Below, in pieces: positions 19,760 to 29,578 of a stretch of DNA of 64,000 nucleotides. Made by a program: the position numbers and the translations under genes. Origin of the DNA: a virus. The stretch lies in the IMG/VR virus record IMGVR_UViG_3300045988_095776, positions 15,135 through 79,134 of that record; one strand, 5' to 3'. Numbering within the stretch: the stretch's first letter is position 1; each line of letters starts with the position of its first letter. The notes below the pieces were generated by a model that saw only the letters and a list, made by a program, of their open reading frames with translations, did not search any database and was not told the origin of the DNA.

Positions 19760-20452
19760 ATGAACAAATTACAGATTTTCAATTCAGAGGAGTTCGGAGA
19801 AATTCGAACAGTGACTATTGACAATGAACCTTGGTTCGTTGGAATTGACGTAGCGAAATCATTAGGATATGCAAATCCTAAGAATGCAGTTCCCAAACAT
19901 GTGAGTGAAGAAGATAAGCTGGGTACCCAAATTGAGTACGCAGGTCAGAGACGTGAAGTGACGGTAATCAACGAATCCGGATTATATGCATTAATATTCG
20001 GAAGTAAGCTCGATTCGGCTAAGAGATTCAAACATTGGGTAACGGCAGAGGTTCTCCCTTCCATCCGCAAGACGGGTTCATACCAGAAACCGATGACCGT
20101 AGCAGAACAGATTCAGTTACTGGCTCAGGGCAATCAAGACCATGAGGAGCGAATCGAGAAACTTGAGAACACAATGACCATTGATTACGGTCAGCAGAAG
20201 TACATCAGTGATCTGGTTTCCAAGGTGGTAATCGAGGTATTAGGTGGAAAGAAATCCAATGCTTATGATGAGATTGGAAAGAAAGTATTTGCAGAATGCA
20301 ACAGGGATGTAAAGACTTACTTCGATGTAAATGCCAGAAATAACATTCCCAAACTAAGGTATCAGGAAGCAGTGGAATACATCAAAGAGTGGACACCTTG
20401 TACCAATACCAAAATGATGATTCGTGACTGTAATGCTCAGATGACAATGTAG
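19760..20452 (+). CDS. antirepressor (Bro-N / Ant family)
   Basis: N-terminus LQIFNSEEFGEIRTVTIDNEPWFVGIDVAKSLGY is typical of the Bro-N domain. Confidence 0.8.
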   Translation: MNKLQIFNSEEFGEIRTVTIDNEPWFVGIDVAKSLGYANPKNAVPKHVSEEDKLGTQIEYAGQRREVTVINESGLYALIFGSKLDSAKRFKHWVTAEVLPSIRKTGSYQKPMTVAEQIQLLAQGNQDHEERIEKLENTMTIDYGQQKYISDLVSKVVIEVLGGKKSNAYDEIGKKVFAECNRDVKTYFDVNARNNIPKLRYQEAVEYIKEWTPCTNTKMMIRDCNAQMTM

Positions 20453-20463
20453 GAGGTGGGAAT

Positions 20464-20739
20464 GTGAAAACACCTAAAATTGAAATCCGCCAGGTGGACG
20501 GCGAAAAAGGAATCTTCACAGAAATCCTTGTGGACGGTCATAAACTTGAGGGAGTAAGAAGCTTCGAACTGAAGCAGGAGGTTGGAAACTCAATACCGAT
20601 ACTTTCCGTTGATTTGAACGCTTTAGATTTATCAACAGATTTAAAGCTGTTACAGGTGAACCAGAAAGGTATCGGAGAAATCGAAAGCATTAAATTCAAG
20701 GGACAGGAAATGCCAGTTGAGTTTGGCACAAAAGAATAG
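20464..20739 (+). CDS. hypothetical protein
   Basis: GTG start after AGGAGGTG. Confidence 0.45.
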   Translation: MKTPKIEIRQVDGEKGIFTEILVDGHKLEGVRSFELKQEVGNSIPILSVDLNALDLSTDLKLLQVNQKGIGEIESIKFKGQEMPVEFGTKE

Positions 20740-20767
20740 GCTCCCATATTTCAGAGAGCCGTGAGGA

Positions 20768-20959
20768 TTACTTACTGAGATTTTGCAGAATTGAACAATC
20801 GCTGGCACGATTACAACAACCTGTAAAACCGGCATATTTACATTTTAATCTTCCGTTAATAGATTTTGGACTCTTATCTTCTAAAGAAGAAACGGAAATT
20901 TGAGTAAATTCGACAAAATAATCCTTGTTCTGTTTTACACAAAAACCAGAATACACCAT
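20768..20959 (-). CDS. small Cys-rich protein on the opposite strand (moron-like)
   Basis: 63 aa with a strong minus-strand RBS (GGAAGGAGGTG). Hairpin terminator at 20743-20764. Confidence 0.5.
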   Translation of the reverse strand: MVYSGFCVKQNKDYFVEFTQISVSSLEDKSPKSINGRLKCKYAGFTGCCNRASDCSILQNLSK

Positions 20960-21295
20960 TAAACAAACACCTCCTTCCCATAAGGAAAGTATACCACATA
21001 AAAATGGAGGTAACCAAAATTAAAAACTTCATATATGAATTATTTTTCAAGAAAAGATATTCGGTAATTGACATAGTGAGCATTTGCGTTGGAATTGTTA
21101 TCGGAATCCATATTTTCGATAGTCTTGTTTAAAAAAATGTTTAGGGATGGTTTCACAGGATTGATGAAAACCATCAATATGCGGTAATAATTGCAAAATT
21201 TTATCTTTTTCATTTTAATCGGCATGGCGGTGCCTGTAAGGACATTATAAGGAGATGCAGAATAAAACTCAATATCATATCGGAGGGACATAAAA

Positions 21296-21469
21296 ATGGC
21301 AAAATCATTAATCCTGTCAGCTCTGATCGGCGGTATGTCACCGTACCTGCCGTTCTGGAGATTTGACAGTGCATCACAGCCGGTTGCAGTAGCAATCGCA
21401 ATATTCGCATTATCATTCGTGGTTATTTACCCGGATGAAATTAAAAGAATCGGAGGAAAAGAAAGATGA
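21296..21469 (+). CDS. small membrane protein (57 aa)
   Basis: GGAGGGAC RBS and two hydrophobic segments. Stop overlaps the next ATG. Confidence 0.4.
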   Translation: MAKSLILSALIGGMSPYLPFWRFDSASQPVAVAIAIFALSFVVIYPDEIKRIGGKER

Positions 21470-21738
21470 TTGAGACAAAAATGGGGGAAATCACACTTAA
21501 AGGCAGTAAAGCAGAATTAATAGCTGACTTAGCTGTTATCGTTCGTGGAATCAAAGAAACCATTATGGAAGATGGCAAAAAAACAGAGGAATCTGTGAAG
21601 CAGGAGATTGACGAAGCGGTCAAAATCGGGCTGATGAACGAAGAAGAATTTAAAACTATTCAAAAAGAAAAAATCAAAGAAGTTGTAAAAACATTATTTG
21701 GCGAATTACTTGGAGGGCTTTTCGATGAAGATAAATGA
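21466..21738 (+). CDS. hypothetical protein
   Basis: 90 aa, translationally coupled. Confidence 0.5.
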   Translation: MIETKMGEITLKGSKAELIADLAVIVRGIKETIMEDGKKTEESVKQEIDEAVKIGLMNEEEFKTIQKEKIKEVVKTLFGELLGGLFDEDK

Positions 21739-22021
21739 TTTTGATAAGACCGTAGATGAGTTGTATCAGTTGTGCCGGAGAGTTCAGAAAGAAACCGGCA
21801 GAACGGTAGCATTTCATTTTGCAAACTACAAGATCGGATGCAGCTTGCACATCAACATATATAAGAAAGAATCCTTAAGAGAATTTGATATGTACAGCAT
21901 TGCAGAGGGCGGTTATCAGCAGGAAGAGAATGTAAAGAAAGTAACTGACCATTTAAACAAAATTTTGATGGACAACAAATGTCCGTATTGTGAGGGAGAT
22001 TGCAATGGAGAAAGAAAATAA
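21725..22021 (+). CDS. hypothetical protein
   Basis: ATG 21725 is preferred over the track TTG 21698. C-terminal CPYCEGDC motif. Confidence 0.5.
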   Translation: MKINDFDKTVDELYQLCRRVQKETGRTVAFHFANYKIGCSLHINIYKKESLREFDMYSIAEGGYQQEENVKKVTDHLNKILMDNKCPYCEGDCNGERK

Positions 22022-22178
22022 GATGGATTTCAGAGCAGAGACCGTAGCCGAAGAGTATGCAGAGCTGGTAGGCAGATTAAAGGCATTTGAAGCGTATCTC
22101 AGAACAGAGGAAGGCGCCTTAGTTGAGAAGAAAGTGTGCTTCGCAATGCTGGGCCTCTGCACCAAAGAAAGCGAATAA
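22005..22178 (+). CDS. hypothetical protein
   Basis: ATG 7 nt after GAGGGAG. Confidence 0.4.
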   Translation: MEKENKMDFRAETVAEEYAELVGRLKAFEAYLRTEEGALVEKKVCFAMLGLCTKESE

Positions 22179-22309
22179 AAGTTGGCTCCACAGGTACCGA
22201 CATACCACATGGAGCCACGTATCTAACTTAATTTGGCTAAGTTAAATACAGGGCTAGTATAACACACCTTCCTGTATTTATCAATAAATAATTTAGGAGG
22301 GCATTTTTT

Positions 22310-22504
22310 ATGTCAAAAACACACACATCCAACGAACAGAAACCACTTGCAAGCGAGATTATTTGTGATCTGGAAGCAGAAAACGCAAAACTCGAAGCAA
22401 GAAACAAGAAACTCAGTAACATTGTTTTAAAGCAGGCAGCAGTTCTTGTGGAGACATTATTGCTGTTGAATGAAGAAGGTGATTTAGGAAATGAAAATTC
22501 GTGA
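22310..22504 (+). CDS. hypothetical coiled-coil protein
   Basis: 64 aa with an AGGAGG RBS. Confidence 0.45.
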   Translation: MSKTHTSNEQKPLASEIICDLEAENAKLEARNKKLSNIVLKQAAVLVETLLLLNEEGDLGNENS

Positions 22505-23108
22505 CGAAAACCAGGTGCTTTTATCTGGTGATATCCCGGCGGGATTCGTATTCTCACATGAAGAATACGGCGGAACCAAGATGTACGAGGGAAGAATGAC
22601 AATATTCAGAAAGAATGCATCCTATGACATTCTTCCAATTATTGTACCAGAATACATGATTTCAAGAGAAACAGAGTTGATTGCTAGTGTATATGGTGAA
22701 ATGCGAAGTCGTACAGTCCGGGAAGATGGTAAAAAAAGCCTTGCGGCGTATGTAAGAGCAATGAATATTCAGTATCTTGAAAGACTAGAAGAACACGACG
22801 CAAACGAAGTTTATCTGACCGGTTACCTGATTAAAAAGCCGACAATAAAGATGATTGGCACAAACAACGACAGGAAGCTGGCAAGAATACTTCTGGCAGT
22901 AAACAGAAAGAAGAAAGCCGGATATACCAGATCAGACGCAATCAGTTGTTTATGCTGGGAGGAAAACGCAGATGCCGTAGAAAATCTGAAAAAGGGAACA
23001 AAAATCAAACTCCGTGGAAGATTCCAAAGCCGTGAACTGTGGTCTGATCAGAGTCAATCATGGGTAACAGTGTTGGAGGTATCAGTAAAAAGATTGGAGA
23101 TTTTGTAA
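22491..23108 (+). CDS. OB-fold ssDNA-binding-like protein
   Basis: Pattern LTGYLIKKP...LAVNRK...ISCLCWEENA...KGTKIKLRGRFQSRE resembles an SSB OB fold. Sits in the recombination module. Confidence 0.5.
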   Translation: MKIRDENQVLLSGDIPAGFVFSHEEYGGTKMYEGRMTIFRKNASYDILPIIVPEYMISRETELIASVYGEMRSRTVREDGKKSLAAYVRAMNIQYLERLEEHDANEVYLTGYLIKKPTIKMIGTNNDRKLARILLAVNRKKKAGYTRSDAISCLCWEENADAVENLKKGTKIKLRGRFQSRELWSDQSQSWVTVLEVSVKRLEIL

Positions 23109-23109
23109 T

Positions 23110-25137
23110 ATGAAGAAAATCGAAGTAAGAGAAATTAGATTGACCGATTTTAAAGGCCAGTCAGAAAAGAAAATAGAGTTCGGACACAGAACAGTCGTTT
23201 CCGGTAAGAACGGATGCGGAAAAACCACACTGGCAGACGCTTTTATGTGGGTGTTCTGTGACAAGGACTACAGCTTAAAAAGTAACCCGGATATCAGACC
23301 GGATGATGGTAGAGAATGTCTCCCAAGAGTTGACATTGACCTTTTGATTGACGGAAAACCAGTAAGCGTTTCTAAGTACCAGAAACGCACAGAAAGCAAG
23401 CCAAAGGACGGAAAACCGGGCAAGGTTGCATTATCCAACAAGTACGAAATCAACGGCGTTCCGAAAGCTGAAAGAGATTTTAAAGCCGATTTGAAAGAAC
23501 GCGGATTTGATTTTGATAATTTCCTGAGGCTGTCTCACATGGAAATCTTCACAGACTTGAAAGATGCAGATGCCAGAAAGATTCTGTTTTCCATGTCAGA
23601 CGGTGCCGGGAAATCAGATTTAGAGATTGCCAAGACAGTTCCAGATTGTGCCGAGTTAGTACCACTTCTGGAAACCTACAAAGCAGACGAAATTAAGGCC
23701 ATGAACAGTGCAACACTGAAAAAGGCAGAGGAACAGTTGAAAGCCATTCCAAACCAGATTATCGGTATGGAGCAGGCGAAAGTCGATGCTGATACCGCCG
23801 AATTGGAATTGCAGAAGAATGCCTTGCAGGAACAGATTTCAGACCTCGAAAAGCAGATTGCGCAGGCAGGGAACGAGAAAGCTGGAGAGATTAAAGCGGA
23901 ACTGGCAGGGTTAAGAACCAAACTGTTAGAGACGGAATCAAAGGCTAAAGCGAACTTGTTAGAGCAGAAATCATCGGTTTGCAATAAAGTTAGCAGTTTT
24001 GAATTAGACAGGAATATCAAAACATCAGAGTTGAACAGAAAGACTTCTACATTGGAAAGCCTGAGAGCGCAGAAAAAAGATCTTCTTGAAAAATTACAGA
24101 ACGCCAGAACACAGTATCCCAAAATCAAAGACACAGAATGGGACAACACAGTTCTGGAAAGCATTAAATCCGAGGCATTCAAGGACGCAGATACCATTTG
24201 CCCGACTTGTGGTCATAGTCTTCCACCAGAGCAGATTGAGCAGTTAAAGAGCAGATTTGAACAGAAGAAGCAGGAAAGAATCAATCAGCAGTTAAAAGCC
24301 AAGGAAGAATGGGAACAGGACAAGAAACGCAAACTTGATGAAGTTATTCAGGTTGGAAACAAAGCGTCTGCCGATATGAAAGAAGCGCATAAGCAAGAAG
24401 AAACCCTCACATCTGAGATTTCCAAACTGACAGATGAATTAGAGCAGATCAAAACTTCTCTGGATGCAGAAAACAAAAATTTGGAATCCATACCGAAAGA
24501 GCCAGATTTCTCAGAAAACGCCGAATATCAGCAAATTCTTGTATCAATCAAAGAGAAAGAGCAGGAACTTAATTCTCTGGACGATGGCGAAGAAGCAAAG
24601 AAACAGCTTTCAGAGCAGTTATCCGGCAAGAAACAGGAATTGGAAGCAGTTAATCAGAAAATCGGAGAAGCCAACAACAACGTCCGAATTGACGAGCAGA
24701 TTGCGGAACTGGAAGCCAGCAGGACGGAATATTCTCAGAAGAAAGCTGATGCACAGATGATTCTGGATGAACTGAAATCACTGAGTATGGCAAAAAATAC
24801 AGCCCTTGAAGATACGGTGAACCAGTATTTTGACGGTGTTAAGGTGAAACTGTTCGATACGCAGAAAAACGGCGAAGTCGTAGATGCTTGCATCTGGTAC
24901 GTGCAGGACAAGGATGGTAACTGGAAGAAATTAATCGGGAATGCCAATACAGCCCTGATGATGAAAGGCAAAATTGCCATCATGTACGGCTTACAGAAGT
25001 TTTACGGCGTGAGTTATCCAATATTCGTAGACTGCGCAGCAGAACTGGATAACATCAGTCTGGCAGGAATTAAGGCAGATGCGCAGTTAATTTTCTTGAA
25101 AGTTGCTGAATGGGATATGAAGGTAGCGGAGATTTGA
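23110..25137 (+). CDS. SMC/SbcC/RecN-like AAA ATPase with long coiled coil
   Basis: Walker A GKNGCGKTT, a Zn-hook-like CPTCGH in a coiled-coil middle, and a C-terminal signature region. Confidence 0.8.
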   Translation: MKKIEVREIRLTDFKGQSEKKIEFGHRTVVSGKNGCGKTTLADAFMWVFCDKDYSLKSNPDIRPDDGRECLPRVDIDLLIDGKPVSVSKYQKRTESKPKDGKPGKVALSNKYEINGVPKAERDFKADLKERGFDFDNFLRLSHMEIFTDLKDADARKILFSMSDGAGKSDLEIAKTVPDCAELVPLLETYKADEIKAMNSATLKKAEEQLKAIPNQIIGMEQAKVDADTAELELQKNALQEQISDLEKQIAQAGNEKAGEIKAELAGLRTKLLETESKAKANLLEQKSSVCNKVSSFELDRNIKTSELNRKTSTLESLRAQKKDLLEKLQNARTQYPKIKDTEWDNTVLESIKSEAFKDADTICPTCGHSLPPEQIEQLKSRFEQKKQERINQQLKAKEEWEQDKKRKLDEVIQVGNKASADMKEAHKQEETLTSEISKLTDELEQIKTSLDAENKNLESIPKEPDFSENAEYQQILVSIKEKEQELNSLDDGEEAKKQLSEQLSGKKQELEAVNQKIGEANNNVRIDEQIAELEASRTEYSQKKADAQMILDELKSLSMAKNTALEDTVNQYFDGVKVKLFDTQKNGEVVDACIWYVQDKDGNWKKLIGNANTALMMKGKIAIMYGLQKFYGVSYPIFVDCAAELDNISLAGIKADAQLIFLKVAEWDMKVAEI

Positions 25138-25485
25138 GAAAAGTGGAACAGCTAGGAACTTGTTTGGCGACAGCCTAGCTGCTCCACACAAAATATAGAG
25201 CAAACTATATTTGCTAATAGCATAACAGATAATTTTAGCTTAATCAAGCTACAGGTGATTTTGCACCTGCAAAGTGAGGAACGTGTTAACTCACTAGAAC
25301 CTATATAAATTTAATATTTGAGGTTTGACAAGCCTATGAATTTACATGGGTACAAAACTTCCATTCTTTTTTATCGCTAAACTCCGGTGGTTTGAAACCC
25401 TACAAAACAGCACAGGTACGAAACGATGCAATCACGCAAATAGCGTGTTAGCAAATATATAAAAATATAGAAAAGGAGAATTGTT

Positions 25486-26433
25486 ATGGCAAATAAAACA
25501 CAGTTAGCAACAGCAGGAGAACAGCAGGCGGCAATCGTAATCAACAACTCATTCATTGATGGATTGGTCAAGCAGCTTGAAAAAAAATGTGAATATGGTC
25601 TTTCGTTCCCAAAAGACTACAACCTCAGTAATGCACTCATGGGGGCATATCTGACTCTGAAAGAGACAAAAGACAGAAACAATAAGCCAATTCTGGAATC
25701 TTGCACAGCTACAAGCATTGCAAACAGCCTTATGAACATGGCAACGCTCGGACTTTCAGTTCAGAAAAAACAGGGTTATTTCATTGCCTATTCCGGTCAG
25801 TGCCAGTTCCAGAGGTCTTACTTCGGAAACATTACAATCGCCAGAAGATATGGAATGAAAGATATTCATGCTGAGATCATCTACGATGGCGACAAGTTCA
25901 AATATCATATCGAAGATGGAAACAAGGTTCTGAATTCTCATGAACAGGATTTTATGAACATTGACAACGATAAGATTCTTGGGGCATATGCAGTAGTACT
26001 GATGGAAGATGGAACAAAACATCTAGAAGTAATGAACATAAAGCAGATCAAACAGGCTTGGTCACAGGGTTATGGTTACAAGGAAAACGGCAATGGAACA
26101 CATCAGAAATTTACTGACCAGATGGCAAAGAAAACAGTTATCAATCGTGCATTAAAGCAGATTATCAATAGTCATGGTGATATTTTTATTCAGGAAGTCG
26201 AGGAAGCTACAGAAGAAATTCCAAAGCAGGACATTATTGAGCATGAAGTCGCTTATGAAATCGAGCAGAACGCCAATGCAGAAGAATTTATCCCAGATGA
26301 GCCAGTGGCAATCGAAGAGCAGCCGAAACAGCCAACAGTCGCAGAAGTTGTAAAGACTGCCGAGAAAGAACCAGTTCCGGCAGCAGGTAAAGAACCAGAA
26401 ATTCCGGATTTTATGAAGCAGGAGGAGATGTGA
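25486..26433 (+). CDS. recT: RecT-family single-strand annealing protein
   Basis: Core SIANSLMNMATLGLSVQKKQGYFIAYSGQCQFQRSYFG, with an acidic C-terminal tail. Confidence 0.8.
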   Translation: MANKTQLATAGEQQAAIVINNSFIDGLVKQLEKKCEYGLSFPKDYNLSNALMGAYLTLKETKDRNNKPILESCTATSIANSLMNMATLGLSVQKKQGYFIAYSGQCQFQRSYFGNITIARRYGMKDIHAEIIYDGDKFKYHIEDGNKVLNSHEQDFMNIDNDKILGAYAVVLMEDGTKHLEVMNIKQIKQAWSQGYGYKENGNGTHQKFTDQMAKKTVINRALKQIINSHGDIFIQEVEEATEEIPKQDIIEHEVAYEIEQNANAEEFIPDEPVAIEEQPKQPTVAEVVKTAEKEPVPAAGKEPEIPDFMKQEEM

Positions 26434-26434
26434 T

Positions 26435-27040
26435 ATGAACAATAAAGAAATTTTACAGAAAGCAAAGGAACTGGTTGAACTTCTGGAACAACAGGAAGAA
26501 ACCGGAAAGGTTGAGTTGTCAACACTGAAACGAGGAGATGTGTTCCAGACTACAGGGAAACGCAAATACAAAGTGTTGCAGCAGTATGGCGATACAACGA
26601 AAATTATTTCGCTTGATCTGGTGAAAGAAAATGTAGAGTTTGGTGATACCTCAGATTACAAAACATCAAAGGTAAAGAAACTGTGTGACACTGAAATCCT
26701 GAAAGACTTCGAAGAAGAATTCGGGGCAGGAAATATCAAGACACACACAGCAGATATTATCACTGCGGATGGACAGAAAGTCGGAAATGTAAAATGCAAA
26801 ATCCGTCCAATTACGTTTGATGAAGCACGAGAATACACAGATATTACACCGAACAATGATCTGAACGACTGGTATTGGACGTTGTCGCCATGGTCGACAG
26901 AAGAGCACGGATGGAGTAGAAGCTTATCCGTTGTTTCCCCTTCGGGCTGTATCGGCGTCTACATTTACAGCAACGGTTATGGTGTTCGCCCAGTTTGTAT
27001 CTTAAAATCTAATATCTTTGTATCTAAGGTGGAGGAATGA
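26435..27040 (+). CDS. DGR target protein 1 (C-terminal variable region)
   Basis: 201 aa. The C-terminus WTLSPWS...VVSPSGCIGVYIYSNGYGVRPVCI contains VR1. Confidence 0.85.
   Translation: MNNKEILQKAKELVELLEQQEETGKVELSTLKRGDVFQTTGKRKYKVLQQYGDTTKIISLDLVKENVEFGDTSDYKTSKVKKLCDTEILKDFEEEFGAGNIKTHTADIITADGQKVGNVKCKIRPITFDEAREYTDITPNNDLNDWYWTLSPWSTEEHGWSRSLSVVSPSGCIGVYIYSNGYGVRPVCILKSNIFVSKVEE
26928..26992 (+). repeat. DGR variable region VR1
   Basis: 65 nt aligned to the TR. There are 11 mismatches, all at TR adenines. Confidence 0.9.
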
Positions 27041-27642
27041 TTATGAAGAAAAATCTGAAATATTTTGAGGATGAATTATCCAGATTAAGTAAAGAGTCCA
27101 CAGAATTCAAGAAAAAGCACATCGGAAAGCCGGAAATCGGAAAAGCTATTAAGCTTGCTGGCATGGAATGGCTGATTCTGGATAATACAGAAAAAGGATA
27201 TTTTGCCATTTTGAATGGATTTGATGGAAAAGAAAGAGCATTTGATTCAGATTCAAATAACTGGATTTCAAGTAAACTGAGAAATGAGTTAAATACTCGT
27301 TTTCTTAAAAAAATTACTGACGAGTTTGGAGAAGATGCAGTTATTGAGTTTGATCGAGATTTGCTTTCTTTGGACGGTCAGACAGAATATGGACATTGTA
27401 AAGATAAGATTTCGATTTTGACGATGGACGAATACCGAAAATACAGAAAATTCCTTCCAAATATGGGTAAATGGTGGTGGTTGCTTACTCCATGGAGTAC
27501 ACCAGCAAATGATTACAGTAAAACACTTACCGTTGTTTCCCCTTCGGGCTATGTCAACCGCAACTTTTGCAGCAGCGGAAGTGGTGTTCGCCCAGTTTGT
27601 ATCTTTTCTTCTTCAATCTTTGAATCGGGGAATGATGATTGA
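27037..27642 (+). CDS. DGR target protein 2 (paralog, C-terminal variable region)
   Basis: 201 aa. The C-terminus WLLTPWS...VVSPSGYVNRNFCSSGSGVRPVCI contains VR2. Confidence 0.85.
   Translation: MIMKKNLKYFEDELSRLSKESTEFKKKHIGKPEIGKAIKLAGMEWLILDNTEKGYFAILNGFDGKERAFDSDSNNWISSKLRNELNTRFLKKITDEFGEDAVIEFDRDLLSLDGQTEYGHCKDKISILTMDEYRKYRKFLPNMGKWWWLLTPWSTPANDYSKTLTVVSPSGYVNRNFCSSGSGVRPVCIFSSSIFESGNDD
27530..27594 (+). repeat. DGR variable region VR2
   Basis: 65 nt aligned to the TR. There are 10 mismatches, all at TR adenines. Confidence 0.9.
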
Positions 27643-28013
27643 TGGCAAATGAAGATTTAAAGGTAATAACAAAGGCCAAGCAGCTTGCAAAGCATACATT
27701 AATAGTTACGAGCAATGCCAGACGATACCCGAAAAAATATAGGTTTTCACTTGTAGATAAAATGCAAAATAAAGCATTGGAAATTTATGAGTCACTATTT
27801 GAAGCCAACCGAACTGATCTGAAAGATTATAAAGGAGAACGATTAGAACTTCAAACAAAAGCCATTACTCATTGTGATGAGTTGATGTACTTTATAGAAC
27901 TTTCATATGAATTGGGAATTATCAATTCCGGTGGAATGGAAGCATGGTCGCAAATGGTAAAAGATATAAAGTATATGACTATTTCATGGAGAACAAAAGA
28001 CAGAAAAAGATAA
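27642..28013 (+). CDS. avd: Avd-like accessory variability determinant (four-helix-bundle family)
   Basis: About 123 aa, basic and helical (AKHTLIVTSNARRYPKKYRFSLVDKMQNKALEIYE). Located between the targets and the TR/RT. Confidence 0.75.
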   Translation: MANEDLKVITKAKQLAKHTLIVTSNARRYPKKYRFSLVDKMQNKALEIYESLFEANRTDLKDYKGERLELQTKAITHCDELMYFIELSYELGIINSGGMEAWSQMVKDIKYMTISWRTKDRKR

Positions 28014-28039
28014 TTTTCACAGGTTATGCACTGCGAATA

Positions 28040-28104
28040 CCGTTGTTTCCCCTTCGGGCTATATCAACAACAACAATTACAACAACGAAAATGGTGTTCG
28101 CCCA
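28040..28104 (+). repeat. DGR template repeat (TR)
   Basis: Non-coding copy of the VRs between avd and the RT. The core is adenine-rich with AAC/AAT codons and would read GYINNNNYNNENGVRP. Confidence 0.9.
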
Positions 28105-28208
28105 ACATGGATCACATGCAGACAGAGTAAGCGTAAAGCTGAAATCAGAAAAGATACAAGCAAATGCATAACCTTTCCGCAATGGACAAACATAAAGGAA
28201 CAAAATAA

Positions 28209-29228
28209 ATGGATAAAGAAATTGTTGCAAATTTTGAGAATTTATATCGTTCTTACAAAAAGGTTAAGAGCGGTAAAAAATTTAATTCAGGTACTGCAAG
28301 ATTTTCTAATTTGTCTCTTGAAGGCATTCATCTCTTGAAGGAACAATTAGAAAGTCAAACGTATACCATAAATCCGTATAATAAATTTCAAATTCATGAG
28401 CCAAAAGAGCGAACGATAGAATCATGTGCATTTAAGGACAAAGTAGTGCAGAGATGCTTTTCTGATTACATTCTGACGCCGAATCTTGAAAATATCCTGA
28501 TTAAATGGAATACTGCCGGGCAGCAAGGAAAAGGGCAACATATGGCAATGGACGGGTTAAGAAATCAAATGTTGGATGTCTATAAAAGAAATGGAATGAA
28601 TAGTTGGATTGTAAAATGTGATATTCACAAATACTTTTATTGCATAGACCATGAAATCATGAAAGATGTTTTGGATTATTACTTTGATGATGATTTTACA
28701 GTCTGGTTGAACCATTTGTTTATCGATAGTACAGATAATCCGGGACTTCCATTAGGGAATCAGGTAAATCAGAAATACGCTCTTTTGTTGTTACATTCAT
28801 TGGATCAAATGATAACGATTGAATTTGGAAATCCATATTACGGACGATACAACGATGATTTTTATGTGATTTGTAAAACGAAAGAAGATGCCAGAGAAAT
28901 TCTCGAAGCAATCCGAATGATGATTGAAAGTCTTAGACTGGAATTAAACCCTAAATCACAAATTGTACCATTTCGCATGGGCTTGTGTTACCTGGGCTTT
29001 CATCATTACGTAACTGATGAAGGAAAATACATCAGAAAATTGCGTGGTGATAAGAAAAGAAAAACACAGAGAAAAATCCGAAGATGGGTACGGTCAGTGA
29101 ATGACGGGAAGATGTCGATAGAAAAATTCCATGAAAAATACGGAGCATGCAAGAATCATATGCTTCATGGAAATTGCACCAAACTATGTCATAGTATTGA
29201 TTTAGAAATTGAAAGGAGAATGAAATGA
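28209..29228 (+). CDS. DGR-type reverse transcriptase
   Basis: RT motifs: HEPKERTIESCAFKDKVVQ, GLPLGNQVNQ, and the catalytic RYNDDF (Asn where Met is usual). Confidence 0.85.
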   Translation: MDKEIVANFENLYRSYKKVKSGKKFNSGTARFSNLSLEGIHLLKEQLESQTYTINPYNKFQIHEPKERTIESCAFKDKVVQRCFSDYILTPNLENILIKWNTAGQQGKGQHMAMDGLRNQMLDVYKRNGMNSWIVKCDIHKYFYCIDHEIMKDVLDYYFDDDFTVWLNHLFIDSTDNPGLPLGNQVNQKYALLLLHSLDQMITIEFGNPYYGRYNDDFYVICKTKEDAREILEAIRMMIESLRLELNPKSQIVPFRMGLCYLGFHHYVTDEGKYIRKLRGDKKRKTQRKIRRWVRSVNDGKMSIEKFHEKYGACKNHMLHGNCTKLCHSIDLEIERRMK

Positions 29229-29566
29229 GATTAGTAAGTCAGAATGGGGAATTTGATGTCCCTTATGAAATCGCAGCATTAAGCAGAACTGGAAATATCA
29301 TAAAAGCATATGTGCCAATGGTAGGTGAAAAAGGAACAATTATGGCTCGTTATTCGACAAATGAAAAAGCCCAAAAAGCTATGAAAGCGTTGCATAAAGT
29401 GTATGCAGGAATGTTTTTTGCGCAAAACGTTGAAATGAGCGATGATGATTACGAGGAATTTATAAAAATGGCTGCAAGAGGTTTTGATGATTCAAAAACC
29501 ATGGTTAGCAGTCCAGATATGAAATTTGAACCAGCAAACATTGTATTCAGATTTCCAAAGGATTGA
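29225..29566 (+). CDS. hypothetical protein (paralog of 35891..36250)
   Basis: Shares YSTxEKxxKxxxxxxxxY and a C-terminal F(R/Q)(F/M)P(K/E)D with the later ORF. Confidence 0.5.
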   Translation: MRLVSQNGEFDVPYEIAALSRTGNIIKAYVPMVGEKGTIMARYSTNEKAQKAMKALHKVYAGMFFAQNVEMSDDDYEEFIKMAARGFDDSKTMVSSPDMKFEPANIVFRFPKD

Positions 29567-29578
29567 GAGGTATAAAAA

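Noticed and set aside
27944-28171. 75-aa ORF overlapping the DGR template repeat
   Set aside because: It is an artefact of the A-rich TR and has no RBS. The region is better explained as a non-coding template.
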